From Minisyncoccota bacterium (GTDB taxonomy: Bacteria; Patescibacteriota; Minisyncoccia; Phycocordibacterales; CAJBRS01): a stretch of DNA of 64,000 nucleotides. Under the pieces are notes generated by a model. It ran no database searches. It was not told the origin of the DNA and was given only the letters and a program-made list of their open reading frames with translations. Location of the stretch: positions 23,861 to 87,860 of the forward strand of contig DASRDX010000012.1 of assembly GCA_035652395.1 (NCBI GenBank), given 5' to 3'. The position numbers and the translations under genes were made by a program. How positions within the stretch are numbered: position 1 is the first letter of the stretch; every line of letters starts with the position of its first letter. Shown piece after piece: positions 47,809 to 56,562 of this stretch.

Positions 47809-48405
47809 ATGAACTTTCTGAGCCTCTATTTCCTGCCGTTTTTGTTAGCTTATAAATATTTTGCTCTTTTTTTTATTGTTTTCGTGGCCGCTTTTATTTT
47901 TCCGCTGCCTTCTACGTGGAGTTTGATCATTTCGGGCGGATTGGCCGCACATCAGTACATGAATATTTATGTGGTGATAGGAATTGGCCTTTTGGGCAAC
48001 ATCTTAGGCGATAATCTCGGCTATTTTCTGGGGAGGCTCTATGGTCGGCGTTTTTTATATCAGATTGGATTAGGCTGGATTTTCAGAAAGAAATGGTTTC
48101 AAGATCTTCAGCAGGATTTTAAAAATCATGTTCGCAAGTCAATTTTCATCAGCCGCTTTATTACCGAAATCGGGCCGGCCGTAAATCTCCTTTCGGGCCT
48201 ACGCAAGATTGAATATAGAAAATTTTTGTTTTATGAAGTGCTGGGCGAGACTTCTGACGTTCTTCTCTATGTTTTGGGGGGATATCTTTTTGGCAGAGTC
48301 TGGATTTATATTTACCCTTATTTTGGCGAGTTTTTAATAGCAGTCGTTTTAATCTGGGTCTTCTTTTTAATCTACCGTCGGAGAAAGAAAACTAGATTAA
48401 GTTAA
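47809..48405 (+). CDS. DedA family membrane protein
   Basis: Start at ATG 47809 ([11 protein letters not shown]...) rather than the overlapping track start; ...[34 protein letters not shown]... DedA core. Confidence 0.72.
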   Translation: MNFLSLYFLPFLLAYKYFALFFIVFVAAFIFPLPSTWSLIISGGLAAHQYMNIYVVIGIGLLGNILGDNLGYFLGRLYGRRFLYQIGLGWIFRKKWFQDLQQDFKNHVRKSIFISRFITEIGPAVNLLSGLRKIEYRKFLFYEVLGETSDVLLYVLGGYLFGRVWIYIYPYFGEFLIAVVLIWVFFLIYRRRKKTRLS

Positions 48406-48887
48406 ATGTCACAAACCTTTAGTCCGCGTTTGGCTAAATATTTTTGGTGGTATTCTTCAGCGCGATAAAAAGTAGTGGCAGGAGCTATTTCAGTGACGAT
48501 AGGGTCTTTGAATTTGCCGGATTTTTCCAGTTCATTTTTGTATTTTTCGGCGATCTCTTTCTGCTCCGGCGTATGATAGAAAATAGCGGAACGGTATTGA
48601 GTGCCGACATCCGGACCTTGACGATTTAAAGTGGTCGGATTGTGATTTTCAAAAAAGATTTTTAGAAGTTCTTCGTAGTCCACTTCTTTGGGATCGTATA
48701 GGATTTCTACCACTTCGGCATGACCGGTTTTATCAGTGCATACCTGCTCGTAGGTGGGATTTTGGAGCTGGCCGCCGGCGTAGCCGGCGGCCGTTTCTTT
48801 TACCCCCTTAATATTGCGAAAGATTTCTTCCACCTGCCAGAAGCAGCCGGCGCCGAAAGTGGCTTTTTGGAGATTGGAATTACTCAT
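48402..48887 (-). CDS. msrA: Peptide methionine sulfoxide reductase MsrA
   Basis: [13 protein letters not shown] ... GYAGG ... canonical MsrA. Confidence 0.92.
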   Translation of the reverse strand: MSNSNLQKATFGAGCFWQVEEIFRNIKGVKETAAGYAGGQLQNPTYEQVCTDKTGHAEVVEILYDPKEVDYEELLKIFFENHNPTTLNRQGPDVGTQYRSAIFYHTPEQKEIAEKYKNELEKSGKFKDPIVTEIAPATTFYRAEEYHQKYLAKRGLKVCDI

Positions 48888-49137
48888 GTTGTTATTGTAC
48901 TCAAGATTGGAAAAATAAATAGCCGCAGTTTTGAAATTTCAGCAAAACTGCGGCCCTCTCTACTTTCCTAAGAGAAATTTCCTAATGGCTAGAAGAAGCA
49001 GTCCAAAAAAGACCAAGAGATAGAGAAAAATGCAACCGAAACAAAAGGCCAAAAGAACTATTTTCATTGGCCGAGCTTAGCAAAAGAGCCTTAAATAAAA
49101 GTTAAATGGAAATTAAACGAGAGCTAAAAACGACCGC

Positions 49138-49296
49138 TCACTTACGTGAGCGGTCGACGCCTACCCAGCCGTGACCCATCCAGGTCCAATTATTGCTCGG
49201 CGAAGTATCTTTTTTTGGATATGGGCTCTTGAGATAAGCGTGAGCAGGCGAACTGAAAAGTACTATCCCCGCAACCGCGATTAGAATTCTTTTCAT
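49138..49296 (-). CDS. Possible small secreted peptide (52 aa) with Sec-type signal peptide
   Basis: MKRILIAVAGIVLFSSPAHA|YLKSPYPKKDTSPSNNWTWMGHGWVGVDRSRK; the stop is embedded in the perfect hairpin CGACCGCTCACttaCGTGAGCGGTCG. No obvious SD. Confidence 0.25.
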   Translation of the reverse strand: MKRILIAVAGIVLFSSPAHAYLKSPYPKKDTSPSNNWTWMGHGWVGVDRSRK

Positions 49297-49366
49297 AGGT
49301 AGAGGTGATCTACCTATAATTGTACGCTTCCTGGTCTGGGAAACTATTTACTTATGCACACCTATC

Positions 49367-51133
49367 TTAATTAGTCTTACTATAGACTACTGAATTACTT
49401 GTACCACCACTATTTGTTACTGAGACATTGTAATTTCCAGCCGGAATGACGTGATTTGAGATTGAACAAGAAGGAGAGGTGTGCTGACAGGAATAATCAT
49501 CACTGTAAGGGATGTTGAAGGTTAAAGTGGCCGCGTCATACGAGTTAATATTATTCAAGCTATAGACTTCGTAATTACCGAAGTTAATTTTGTTGCCGTA
49601 ATTGTCAAAGCCGGAACCGTACAAAGTAACTTGAGTGCCATTTGGACCAGCGGATGGTGAGATGTAGCTAACATAGGGCTGAACATGATTGCCTCCCCCA
49701 GAATAGCTGCTGACATAGACTGTGGTAGAGGTTTTGGCGGTTTGACCGGAAGAATTTCTAACGGTAAAGCTAACGTTGTAAGTGCCGGAGACGTTGTATG
49801 AATGAGTGAAGCTTGAAGATTGCTGACCGGCGGCCTGGGCGGCGGCGCTGTTTTGAGAAGCCCCGCAAGAGGCGTAACTCGTGCATTGAGCGCTAGTATC
49901 TCCCCAATCAACGGAATATGTCAGCGTTCCGTTTTGAGGATCACGAGCATTAACTGTCCAAGTACCTGTCTGACCAATGGTTAGAGTGGTTGGGCCACTT
50001 AATCCGTTAATGACTGGCGCAGCGCCGGTAGTTGAAGAAGCGGAAGTGACTAAGAAGTTAACGGCATTACTTGTGCCATTAGCATTCACCACTGAAACCG
50101 CATATGTGCCGGGAGTAATCTGAACAGCGATAGCCGGACAAGCCATGCCCGGAGCACAGTAGTAACCTGCCCATTGTGGAACGGTAAAAGTTAGAATTTT
50201 TTGATTGGGACAGGAGGAGCCTTGCATGCAAGGTACGGCAATTTCCGAATAAGTTGGATTACCTACCGAATAATTTCCGAACTTAATAGTGTTTCCTGTT
50301 GAAGAAAAATTTCCATAAATTTGCACTTGAGTTCCGACCGAACCTGCTGAAGGGTTGATAGAGGTGATTGAAGGAGATCCTGAGTTAGTTCCGGAAGTGA
50401 CATTAAACGTCATTGTATTGCTCGTACCGTTTGAGTTAACTACCTTAACCATTAATGGCCCTGGTAGAACGTGAATGCCCGGAGAAAGTTGTAACCCGTC
50501 AGGAATAGTAAAGGTTAGAGAAGTGTTGCTTACAGCACTCACTTGGAGAGCTGGTAGGTTATCCAAATAAATTGTAGTGATTCCATAACCACTGAAACAA
50601 TTTCCAGTATTGGCGCTGTTCATTAGTATTGCGCAGGAAGGAAATACGGAGGAAGAATTAAGAGGGCAAGTATAACCACCGCAACCCATGCTGCCAGCAA
50701 GAAAGCCTGATCCAGTCAAGGTAACTTGAGTACCAATTGGGCCGCTTGATGGAGTAATAGAAGAAATAGAGACGCCGCTAGAAACATTGCCGCAAGTTAA
50801 TGATTGGATTTTAGCTCGGGTAAATGGACCCACAAATCCTACAGGAGAAATGCCATTAGCTCTCTGGAAATTCTGCACGGCGGCAAAAGTCAGCGGTCCG
50901 TAAGAGGCGCGACCACTAAAGGAACCGTAACCGGCTGAAACTAGAAAATTCTGTAGAACGGTAACTTGTCCGCCGGTATTAAAATCAGTGGATCCTGGAC
51001 CCATGTTATAGGTTAGGTTAACGCAGGACGAGACCGTACTAACGGTGTTGGCTGACTGACCAAAACTTGCGATTGGTAAAACTGCCACTACGGCAAGGCT
51101 CAAAATAAGCCCAAATTTGATTAGATTTTTCAT
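49367..51133 (-). CDS. Secreted/cell-surface protein: signal peptide, PG-binding-type domain, repeated IPT/TIG-like Ig domains
   Basis: MKNLIKFGLILSLAVVAVLPIASFG signal; GQVTVLQNFLVSAGY...GPLTFAAVQNFQRANGI; repeats ITPSSGPIGTQVTLTGSGF / INPSAGSVGTQVQIYGNF / ISPSAGPNGTQVTLYGSGF. Confidence 0.6.
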   Translation of the reverse strand: MKNLIKFGLILSLAVVAVLPIASFGQSANTVSTVSSCVNLTYNMGPGSTDFNTGGQVTVLQNFLVSAGYGSFSGRASYGPLTFAAVQNFQRANGISPVGFVGPFTRAKIQSLTCGNVSSGVSISSITPSSGPIGTQVTLTGSGFLAGSMGCGGYTCPLNSSSVFPSCAILMNSANTGNCFSGYGITTIYLDNLPALQVSAVSNTSLTFTIPDGLQLSPGIHVLPGPLMVKVVNSNGTSNTMTFNVTSGTNSGSPSITSINPSAGSVGTQVQIYGNFSSTGNTIKFGNYSVGNPTYSEIAVPCMQGSSCPNQKILTFTVPQWAGYYCAPGMACPAIAVQITPGTYAVSVVNANGTSNAVNFLVTSASSTTGAAPVINGLSGPTTLTIGQTGTWTVNARDPQNGTLTYSVDWGDTSAQCTSYASCGASQNSAAAQAAGQQSSSFTHSYNVSGTYNVSFTVRNSSGQTAKTSTTVYVSSYSGGGNHVQPYVSYISPSAGPNGTQVTLYGSGFDNYGNKINFGNYEVYSLNNINSYDAATLTFNIPYSDDYSCQHTSPSCSISNHVIPAGNYNVSVTNSGGTSNSVVYSKTN

Positions 51134-51206
51134 AATTATAGAGACGAAATTAGTGATTAAACCTGTCGCCTCAATTATAGCTCTAAAACCTTAAATAAAA
51201 AGCGGC

Positions 51207-51521
51207 TCATTGCTGAGCTGCTCTTTGGGCGTGCTTACGGATTTCCCTTAGCCATTCTCTCCGCCACCAAAAATATTTCCATAGTCTGCGAATAAATGAG
51301 CCAGTATACGAAGCCAGTTGATATTTTTGTTCCATTTCCTCAATCAATCTCATCACCTCTTCTTGCCTTTCCTTGTCAGACATTCTCGGAGGTGGGTCAG
51401 CCGCTAGAACAGCGAGGCGTGTAATATGGGGAAAAAGAGAATCTGTTTGACGCTTGAGAGCGCTTTTCTCCTCCTCCAGACGTCTGATGGTTTGTGCAGG
51501 AGTTTCTTCCGTCTTTTTCAT
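51207..51521 (-). CDS. Hypothetical protein (104 aa, helical, W/R-rich C-terminus)
   Basis: ORF preceded by a conserved leader element (repeat R1). Confidence 0.4.
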   Translation of the reverse strand: MKKTEETPAQTIRRLEEEKSALKRQTDSLFPHITRLAVLAADPPPRMSDKERQEEVMRLIEEMEQKYQLASYTGSFIRRLWKYFWWRREWLREIRKHAQRAAQQ

Positions 51522-51562
51522 CTGCCCCTCACCCTAACAAACTCTAGTTTATTTTCAAAGTG

Positions 51563-51637
51563 GCGCCTTCCCGAATCACATTCTTCTCTTTGAGGATCAG
51601 GAGTATGTGGAGAGTATAGGAGAAAAGTTAGCTTATA
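51563..51637 (-). promoter_or_regulatory. Conserved ~75-nt leader element R1 upstream of CDS 51207..51521
   Basis: ~80% identical to R2 at 52212-52287; core GATC(A/G)GGAGTATGTGGA(G/A)AGTATA is nearly identical. On the transcribed strand it reads ATACTCTCCACATACTCC, a direct repeat of ATACTC at one helical turn. Confidence 0.5.
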
Positions 51638-52175
51638 TAAATAATTTTTCAACAGCCATAATGTCATAGCCCTTATGAACTTCATCTTCTGGTGCAACTC
51701 CAATTGAAATCATAAATTTATTTAGATCTTTTCTAACCAGTTCCTCATCATCATTAGTTTTCCTTTCAATCTCAATGAATGAACCAAGCTTATCTACATT
51801 ATCAATGCATATCTCAAACTCCTCAAAATGTGTGGTGCGGCGATTTTTAATGACGCGGTTAGAAAGTTGATATCCCATTAAAAACAATGCTTGCTCCATT
51901 TCCTTGGCATTTTTTATTTCAGTTTCATGTTCGGCTTTGGTCAAGACCGCCAAGGATAGAGGTTTCTTTACAGTAAAAATAAATCTCCCATCACTTTTCT
52001 CTCTAATTCGGACAAAGTGATCATTTTTCAAGTACTCTTCCACATTCCCAATAATCTTAGTGTAGACCGAATCAACTTGACGAATAGGTTCTGACAAAAC
52101 ACATCCTAATTTTACCAGACTTTTTATAACTTCGTCGGGATTTTTAAGATATGCCTTGACTTCAATTTCTTTCAT
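51633..52175 (-). CDS. CYTH domain protein (CyaB-like), second copy in the window
   Basis: MKEIEVKAYL... FVRIREK... EFEICIDNVDKLGSFIEIE: CYTH signature. Confidence 0.65.
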   Translation of the reverse strand: MKEIEVKAYLKNPDEVIKSLVKLGCVLSEPIRQVDSVYTKIIGNVEEYLKNDHFVRIREKSDGRFIFTVKKPLSLAVLTKAEHETEIKNAKEMEQALFLMGYQLSNRVIKNRRTTHFEEFEICIDNVDKLGSFIEIERKTNDDEELVRKDLNKFMISIGVAPEDEVHKGYDIMAVEKLFI

Positions 52176-52211
52176 ATTTAAGAGTATATCAATTCAAATA
52201 GAAAATGTGGG

Positions 52212-52287
52212 GCGGCTTCCCGAACCTTATTCTGCTATTTGAAGATCGGGAGTATGTGGAAAGTATAAGGGAAAAACTTAGCTATAT
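52212..52287 (-). promoter_or_regulatory. Conserved leader element R2 upstream of the CYTH gene 51633..52175
   Basis: Paralogous to R1 (see 51563..51637). Confidence 0.5.
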
Positions 52288-52301
52288 CCATCAGTTAACG
52301 T

Positions 52302-52973
52302 CTAAGCTTTGATAATGAGCGGATTGAAGTCGGTGTTCGTATCATAGTAATCCTCATTCTCAGCTTTCTTTAGCTTCCCTACCACAAGATAAGTTAATGG
52401 AGTTAATATCACCTCTACAAGAGTTTTCAGAAACCAAGCAGATAAGACCGAACTCCATAATAAGTTGTTTGGAATAACAGCATAGAGGGCAATTGTATAA
52501 AAAAGAAAAGTATTGGCTCCTTCTCCAACAATGGTTGAGCCAATTGTTCTGGCCCAGAGATATTTTCCTTTAGTCCAGATCTTCATCGTGGCCAACACAT
52601 AGTCATTCAGAATGCCGCCAACCCAAACGGCAATCCAACCACCCAATAGAATTCTTGGAACTGAACCCAACACTCTTGCATATGCTGCATTAGCATCAAA
52701 ACCAGCGGCCGGAGGAAGCCAAACAACAATTTGATAAATAAGTCCTGCGATGACAGAGGCGAACAGAACTTTCCAAACGACATTTCTGGCTCTGGCATAT
52801 CCATACACCTCTGTTAGAACATCTGCAAAAATATATGTAATTGGAAAATAAAGAGCGGTTGCAGAAACAGTAAAAATCCCTATCTCAACAATTTTCCCTG
52901 CCGTAATATCGGAGACTAGCTGAAAAGTAACATAGAGAATCGTAATCCAGGTTAGGTATTTGTAGTTTTTCAT
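52302..52973 (-). CDS. YhhQ/VUT family queuosine-precursor transporter-like membrane protein
   Basis: 223 aa, 6 TM; ...ITYIFADVLTEVYGYARARNVVW... typical of the YhhQ (PF02592) family. Confidence 0.7.
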   Translation of the reverse strand: MKNYKYLTWITILYVTFQLVSDITAGKIVEIGIFTVSATALYFPITYIFADVLTEVYGYARARNVVWKVLFASVIAGLIYQIVVWLPPAAGFDANAAYARVLGSVPRILLGGWIAVWVGGILNDYVLATMKIWTKGKYLWARTIGSTIVGEGANTFLFYTIALYAVIPNNLLWSSVLSAWFLKTLVEVILTPLTYLVVGKLKKAENEDYYDTNTDFNPLIIKA

Positions 52974-53425
52974 CTTTTTAAAATTGTAAGAAAATGTTTA
53001 TGACTTCTTTTGGCTAATTGATCTATATTTTTATATTCTGAATTATTCTCACTTAAGTATGAGAACACTATCTCATTTCCTTTCTCTTTATATTTTTTAA
53101 TTAAACCCATTACTTGTTTGTATTCCAAAGCCATAGAACTTACTTGCCAAATCTTATTAAGCTGTTTTAACACTGGTTCACAATCTCCCATTATTATAAC
53201 CTTATTGGACCAACACATTGGCAAACAATGCTCTAACGCTCTAATAATTCCTAAATAGAAACATTTATTAGGCCCAGAATGTCTTAAGTAATGCACCCCA
53301 GCGGCCACTGGTTTTCCCCTACTATCATTACTCCACCAAGCTGCCCAAGCAGCTATTGATTCTCCTCTTTTGTCGTGTTTGGAAGTAGGTTTAGTAGAAG
53401 AATCTACCAATATATATAAATCCAT
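52970..53425 (-). CDS. RNase H-like domain protein (RNase HI-like fold, catalytic Glu apparently not conserved)
   Basis: LYILVDSS ~ VEIFTDGS; VIIMGDCEPV ~ VILSTDSQYV; NIDQLAKRS ~ CDELARAA. The position aligning to catalytic Glu48 is Y/F. Confidence 0.5.
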   Translation of the reverse strand: MDLYILVDSSTKPTSKHDKRGESIAAWAAWWSNDSRGKPVAAGVHYLRHSGPNKCFYLGIIRALEHCLPMCWSNKVIIMGDCEPVLKQLNKIWQVSSMALEYKQVMGLIKKYKEKGNEIVFSYLSENNSEYKNIDQLAKRSHKHFLTILKR

Positions 53426-53603
53426 ATTAAATAAAGTTGGGCGGCTAGAGAGAATCGGTCACACATAAAAATGCTTCTCATTTTTTGCGCGACCCCGCCT
53501 CACTTGGAGCGGTCACAAAGCGACATCGCTCCTTCGCTCCGGCTTTCGATTCTCACTATTATCGCCCCAGCATAAAACCCGAATCCATTTCGGATTTTAT
53601 GCT

Positions 53604-53678
53604 GGGGCGGCTAGAGAGAATCGAACTCTCGACTTCGGATCCACAGACCGAGGTTTTACCATTAAACTATAGCCGCCA
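53604..53678 (-). tRNA. tRNA-His (GTG) with genome-encoded G-1 and CCA
   Basis: Minus strand GGCGGCUAUAGUUUAAUGGUAAAACCUCGGUCUGUGGAUCCGAAGUCGAGAGUUCGAUUCUCUCUAGCCGCCCCA. Anticodon loop CUGUGGA, G-1:C73 pair, T-loop TTCGATT. Confidence 0.85.
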
Positions 53679-53684
53679 TGTATG

Positions 53685-53711
53685 AGCGAAGCGCCGAAGG
53701 CGCTTCGCTCT
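53685..53711. terminator. Perfect palindromic hairpin between CDS 53715..54512 and tRNA-His
   Basis: GAGCGAAGCGCCgaaGGCGCTTCGCTC (12-bp stem); may be a terminator or processing signal. Confidence 0.45.
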
Positions 53712-53714
53712 CTG

Positions 53715-54512
53715 TTATAACAGATTCAAATTCGGATTCAAAATATCTTTCAGTTCGCTCCAAGGAATGGTGACTTCCTGCTCTCCGGCGGCGTAAGCCG
53801 CCACCTGATATTCCGTGAAGATAATTTCTAGTCCGTTATCAGTTACTAAAAAGGCATTGAAGTTTTCCTGCTTTGGGGCGGCGCCCTCTTCAATGGCGGC
53901 TGGCTCCGCATCAGTCCCGAGATTTTTTTTCAGGGTTTTAATGGAATATTCTGAAATGGCTTCTAGATATTGAGCGCCCGGTTTAAAAAGATTAGCTAAG
54001 CTCAATACATCAGCGGTGACTAAATTGTAATTTAGGGTCAAGACATTTGAACCAGGGTGAGCGGCGCCGGCGCTGTAAAACTCCTCGTTGAAGCGCAGCG
54101 GCAAGATTTTATTTAAACGATGATTGTTTAAAACATTAAAATCAATTTGCAAAGTGCTGGTACCATATTCTCCTGCAGAGCTTCCCGGGCCGGCGCTAGT
54201 GTCAAAATCGGCGCGATAAGAAACTAATTCTTGATTAACGATTTCTCGAACACTTCGATTAATCTTGTCGGCTAGAATGCTGTCACTGAACGCAAAGACG
54301 GGGTAACTGGCTTTCAGAGAATAGAACTTTTGACTGTTACTTTCAGTAATAGTCTTGGTGGTGTAAGTAATAGACGAAGTGGCGGCAGTACTTGAAGCGG
54401 TGCCGGTATTTTCCGGAGCGATCGTTTTAGCCGGCATTAGAAAATAAAAGAGGGCCGCAATTATTACTAAAACTAGAACACCAACTAAAAAATGGAGGCG
54501 TTGAGGAGTCAT
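53715..54512 (-). CDS. Membrane-anchored DUF3298/DUF4163-like (RsiV-like) domain protein
   Basis: 265 aa; TM anchor, T/S-rich linker; domain pattern resembles RsiV/PdaC-type DUF3298 proteins. Tentative. Confidence 0.45.
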   Translation of the reverse strand: MTPQRLHFLVGVLVLVIIAALFYFLMPAKTIAPENTGTASSTAATSSITYTTKTITESNSQKFYSLKASYPVFAFSDSILADKINRSVREIVNQELVSYRADFDTSAGPGSSAGEYGTSTLQIDFNVLNNHRLNKILPLRFNEEFYSAGAAHPGSNVLTLNYNLVTADVLSLANLFKPGAQYLEAISEYSIKTLKKNLGTDAEPAAIEEGAAPKQENFNAFLVTDNGLEIIFTEYQVAAYAAGEQEVTIPWSELKDILNPNLNLL

Positions 54513-54532
54513 GGGGAAATTATAGCAAATTG

Positions 54533-54616
54533 TGCACGGGAGAGGACTCGAACCTCCATGCCCTTGCGGGCGCTACCACCTCAAGGTAGTACGTCTACCA
54601 GTTTCGCCACCCGTGC
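54533..54616 (-). tRNA. tRNA-Leu (GAG)
   Basis: GCACGGGUGGCGAAACUGGUAGACGUACUACCUUGAGGUGGUAGCGCCCGCAAGGGCAUGGAGGUUCGAGUCCUCUCCCGUGCA; long variable arm, anticodon loop UUGAGGU. Confidence 0.85.
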
Positions 54617-54656
54617 ATGCGAGCATTATGGCAAAGTTTGCCCCTTTTTCAACTGA

Positions 54657-54697
54657 AAGCGCCCGGCCTTTGGCCGGGCGCTTTTTCTATTTTTAAG
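54657..54697. terminator. Terminator hairpin downstream of rplS
   Basis: AAAGCGCCCGGCCtttgGCCGGGCGCTTTTTCTATTTTT. Confidence 0.6.
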
Positions 54698-55163
54698 ATT
54701 TTGTCTCTTGGTTTTCAGTATTTTCAGCTACTTCTTTCTCTTCAGTTGGTGCTTCCACGGTTGGAGTTTCTACCACTTCTTGTCGGCTACTTTGATCTAA
54801 TCGGGACCGTCTCATCTGGCGGCTAATTTCCTTGGCCGCTTTTTCCCGAACGTAATAAAGTTTTGCCCGCCGCACCTTGGCTCGATTAACCACTTCAATC
54901 TTATCAATCAAAGGTGAATAAAGAGGAAAGATTTTCTCCACTCCATAGCCTCCAGCGACTCTTCGTACGGTAAAAGTGGCGCCGTTTTCGTTGCCATGTT
55001 TGCGTGCTAAAACCAGACCTTCAAAAACCTGCAAGCGAGTCTTGCCCTTTTCCTGAATTTTCTGGGAAACTCGAACGGTGTCTCCCGCCCGAAAGTCAAT
55101 CCTCTGTCGGTCAGCAGTATTTAAAGTAGACAAAGTGATGGGTTTTTTAGTCGCCGTAGCCAT
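54693..55163 (-). CDS. rplS: 50S ribosomal protein L19 (with acidic C-terminal extension)
   Basis: ...[70 protein letters not shown]... Confidence 0.85.
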   Translation of the reverse strand: MATATKKPITLSTLNTADRQRIDFRAGDTVRVSQKIQEKGKTRLQVFEGLVLARKHGNENGATFTVRRVAGGYGVEKIFPLYSPLIDKIEVVNRAKVRRAKLYYVREKAAKEISRQMRRSRLDQSSRQEVVETPTVEAPTEEKEVAENTENQETKS

Positions 55164-55188
55164 AATTAGGAAGCTAATCTATCACGAT

Positions 55189-55911
55189 TTAAGTCATTAA
55201 ATCAAGCGCTCGTTCAAAATCGGGTGGAAAAGGCGCTTCTGCTTTAATAACCTCTCCGGTTTCAGTCTTAAATTCAATTGAACGGGCGTGCAGGGCTAGC
55301 CGTTCAAAACCTAAAAGCGACTCTCTTTTCGGGGCATAGAGCTTGTCACAGACTACCGGATGATTGATAGCCTTCAGGTGAACGCGGATTTGATGGGTCC
55401 GGCCCGTTTCGGGCCGGACCTCCAAAAAACTGACCCCACCTTTCACATCTTTTTCTTTCAAGACTTGGTAATTAGTTATCGCCTCGCGCGCCTGTCCCCT
55501 TGCCCATCGCTGGGCCGACCACAATCGGAAATCCTTTCGACTGCGAGCAATCGGTCGGTCGATCGTTCCATCTTTTTCTTTCATTAGACCGTAAACAAAG
55601 GCATTGTAAATTTTAGAGACAGCCCGAGTCTGAAATAAATTTTTTAAATAAAAAAATGTCTCCTGATTTCGAGCTACTATTAAAACGCCCGAAGTTTCCC
55701 GATCAAGCCGATGAACAATCCCCGGTCGATAAATTATTTCGCCGATTGGAGTTCTCCATGGCTCCCCTACTTCCTTTATTTCCGGGTATTTTTCCAAAAG
55801 CCATTCCGCCACCGAACCTTCTTTGGTTTTCCCGTCAGAATGAACTACCAAACCTGATGGTTTGTTGAGAATTATCAGATTTTTATCTTCATAAATAAGG
55901 GGAATTTCCAT
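55189..55911 (-). CDS. RluA family pseudouridine synthase
   Basis: LIILNKPSGLVVHSDGK ... GIVHRLDRETSGVLIVARN (catalytic Asp motif). Confidence 0.85.
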   Translation of the reverse strand: MEIPLIYEDKNLIILNKPSGLVVHSDGKTKEGSVAEWLLEKYPEIKEVGEPWRTPIGEIIYRPGIVHRLDRETSGVLIVARNQETFFYLKNLFQTRAVSKIYNAFVYGLMKEKDGTIDRPIARSRKDFRLWSAQRWARGQAREAITNYQVLKEKDVKGGVSFLEVRPETGRTHQIRVHLKAINHPVVCDKLYAPKRESLLGFERLALHARSIEFKTETGEVIKAEAPFPPDFERALDLMT

Positions 55912-56540
55912 TAAGGCATAGCGAAGCCACGAAAAATAAACTGGCTTTTTGATTTATTTTCCTTTTCAGTAATTAGATCCTCCTTAACAAAATGTCTAGG
56001 AATTCGCATTACTACTGCTCGGATATCGTTTTTTTCTAGTCTACCATCTACATGTCTGCATAAATATTGTCTTTTCATAGCATCTCGCAAATCAGTGGTA
56101 TCCTCGGTAAAATCTACAGACAATACTTCCAGATGATCAGTTTTAAAACCTACAAGCGTCTTCCCAAAACCCACCATTAGCCTCACTGGACCCGGCGCTT
56201 GTCCTTCGCTAAAGGCCAACTGAATTCCTTCTGGTTCAGGAACAACAGCGTTGGCATAGTGTGAATCGCCCTTATCCATCCCCACTTCAAATGATTGTCC
56301 TGTCTCCAGAGCTGTAACCACTCTGCTAATGCTTTCAATCCGCGCTAAACAATTTTCCTGTTCCATTATGCTATAGAGACTATTCATATCATCTGTTAAT
56401 TTGATATCTAATGTCTCTTCTAGTTTCTCTAAAAAAATTGGTAGATTTTCGCGAATATATTCTTCATCTTCTGAACTCTCTAATCGGCGCGCTAAATCAA
56501 GCGTCTCTCTTACTTCGGAGTTATTTGGAGGTTGTTCCAT
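55911..56540 (-). CDS. Hypothetical acidic protein
   Basis: 209-aa ORF overlapping the rluA start by 1 nt; no recognised motif. Confidence 0.4.
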   Translation of the reverse strand: MEQPPNNSEVRETLDLARRLESSEDEEYIRENLPIFLEKLEETLDIKLTDDMNSLYSIMEQENCLARIESISRVVTALETGQSFEVGMDKGDSHYANAVVPEPEGIQLAFSEGQAPGPVRLMVGFGKTLVGFKTDHLEVLSVDFTEDTTDLRDAMKRQYLCRHVDGRLEKNDIRAVVMRIPRHFVKEDLITEKENKSKSQFIFRGFAMP

Positions 56541-56562
56541 ACCTAAATGTTATACTAAATTC

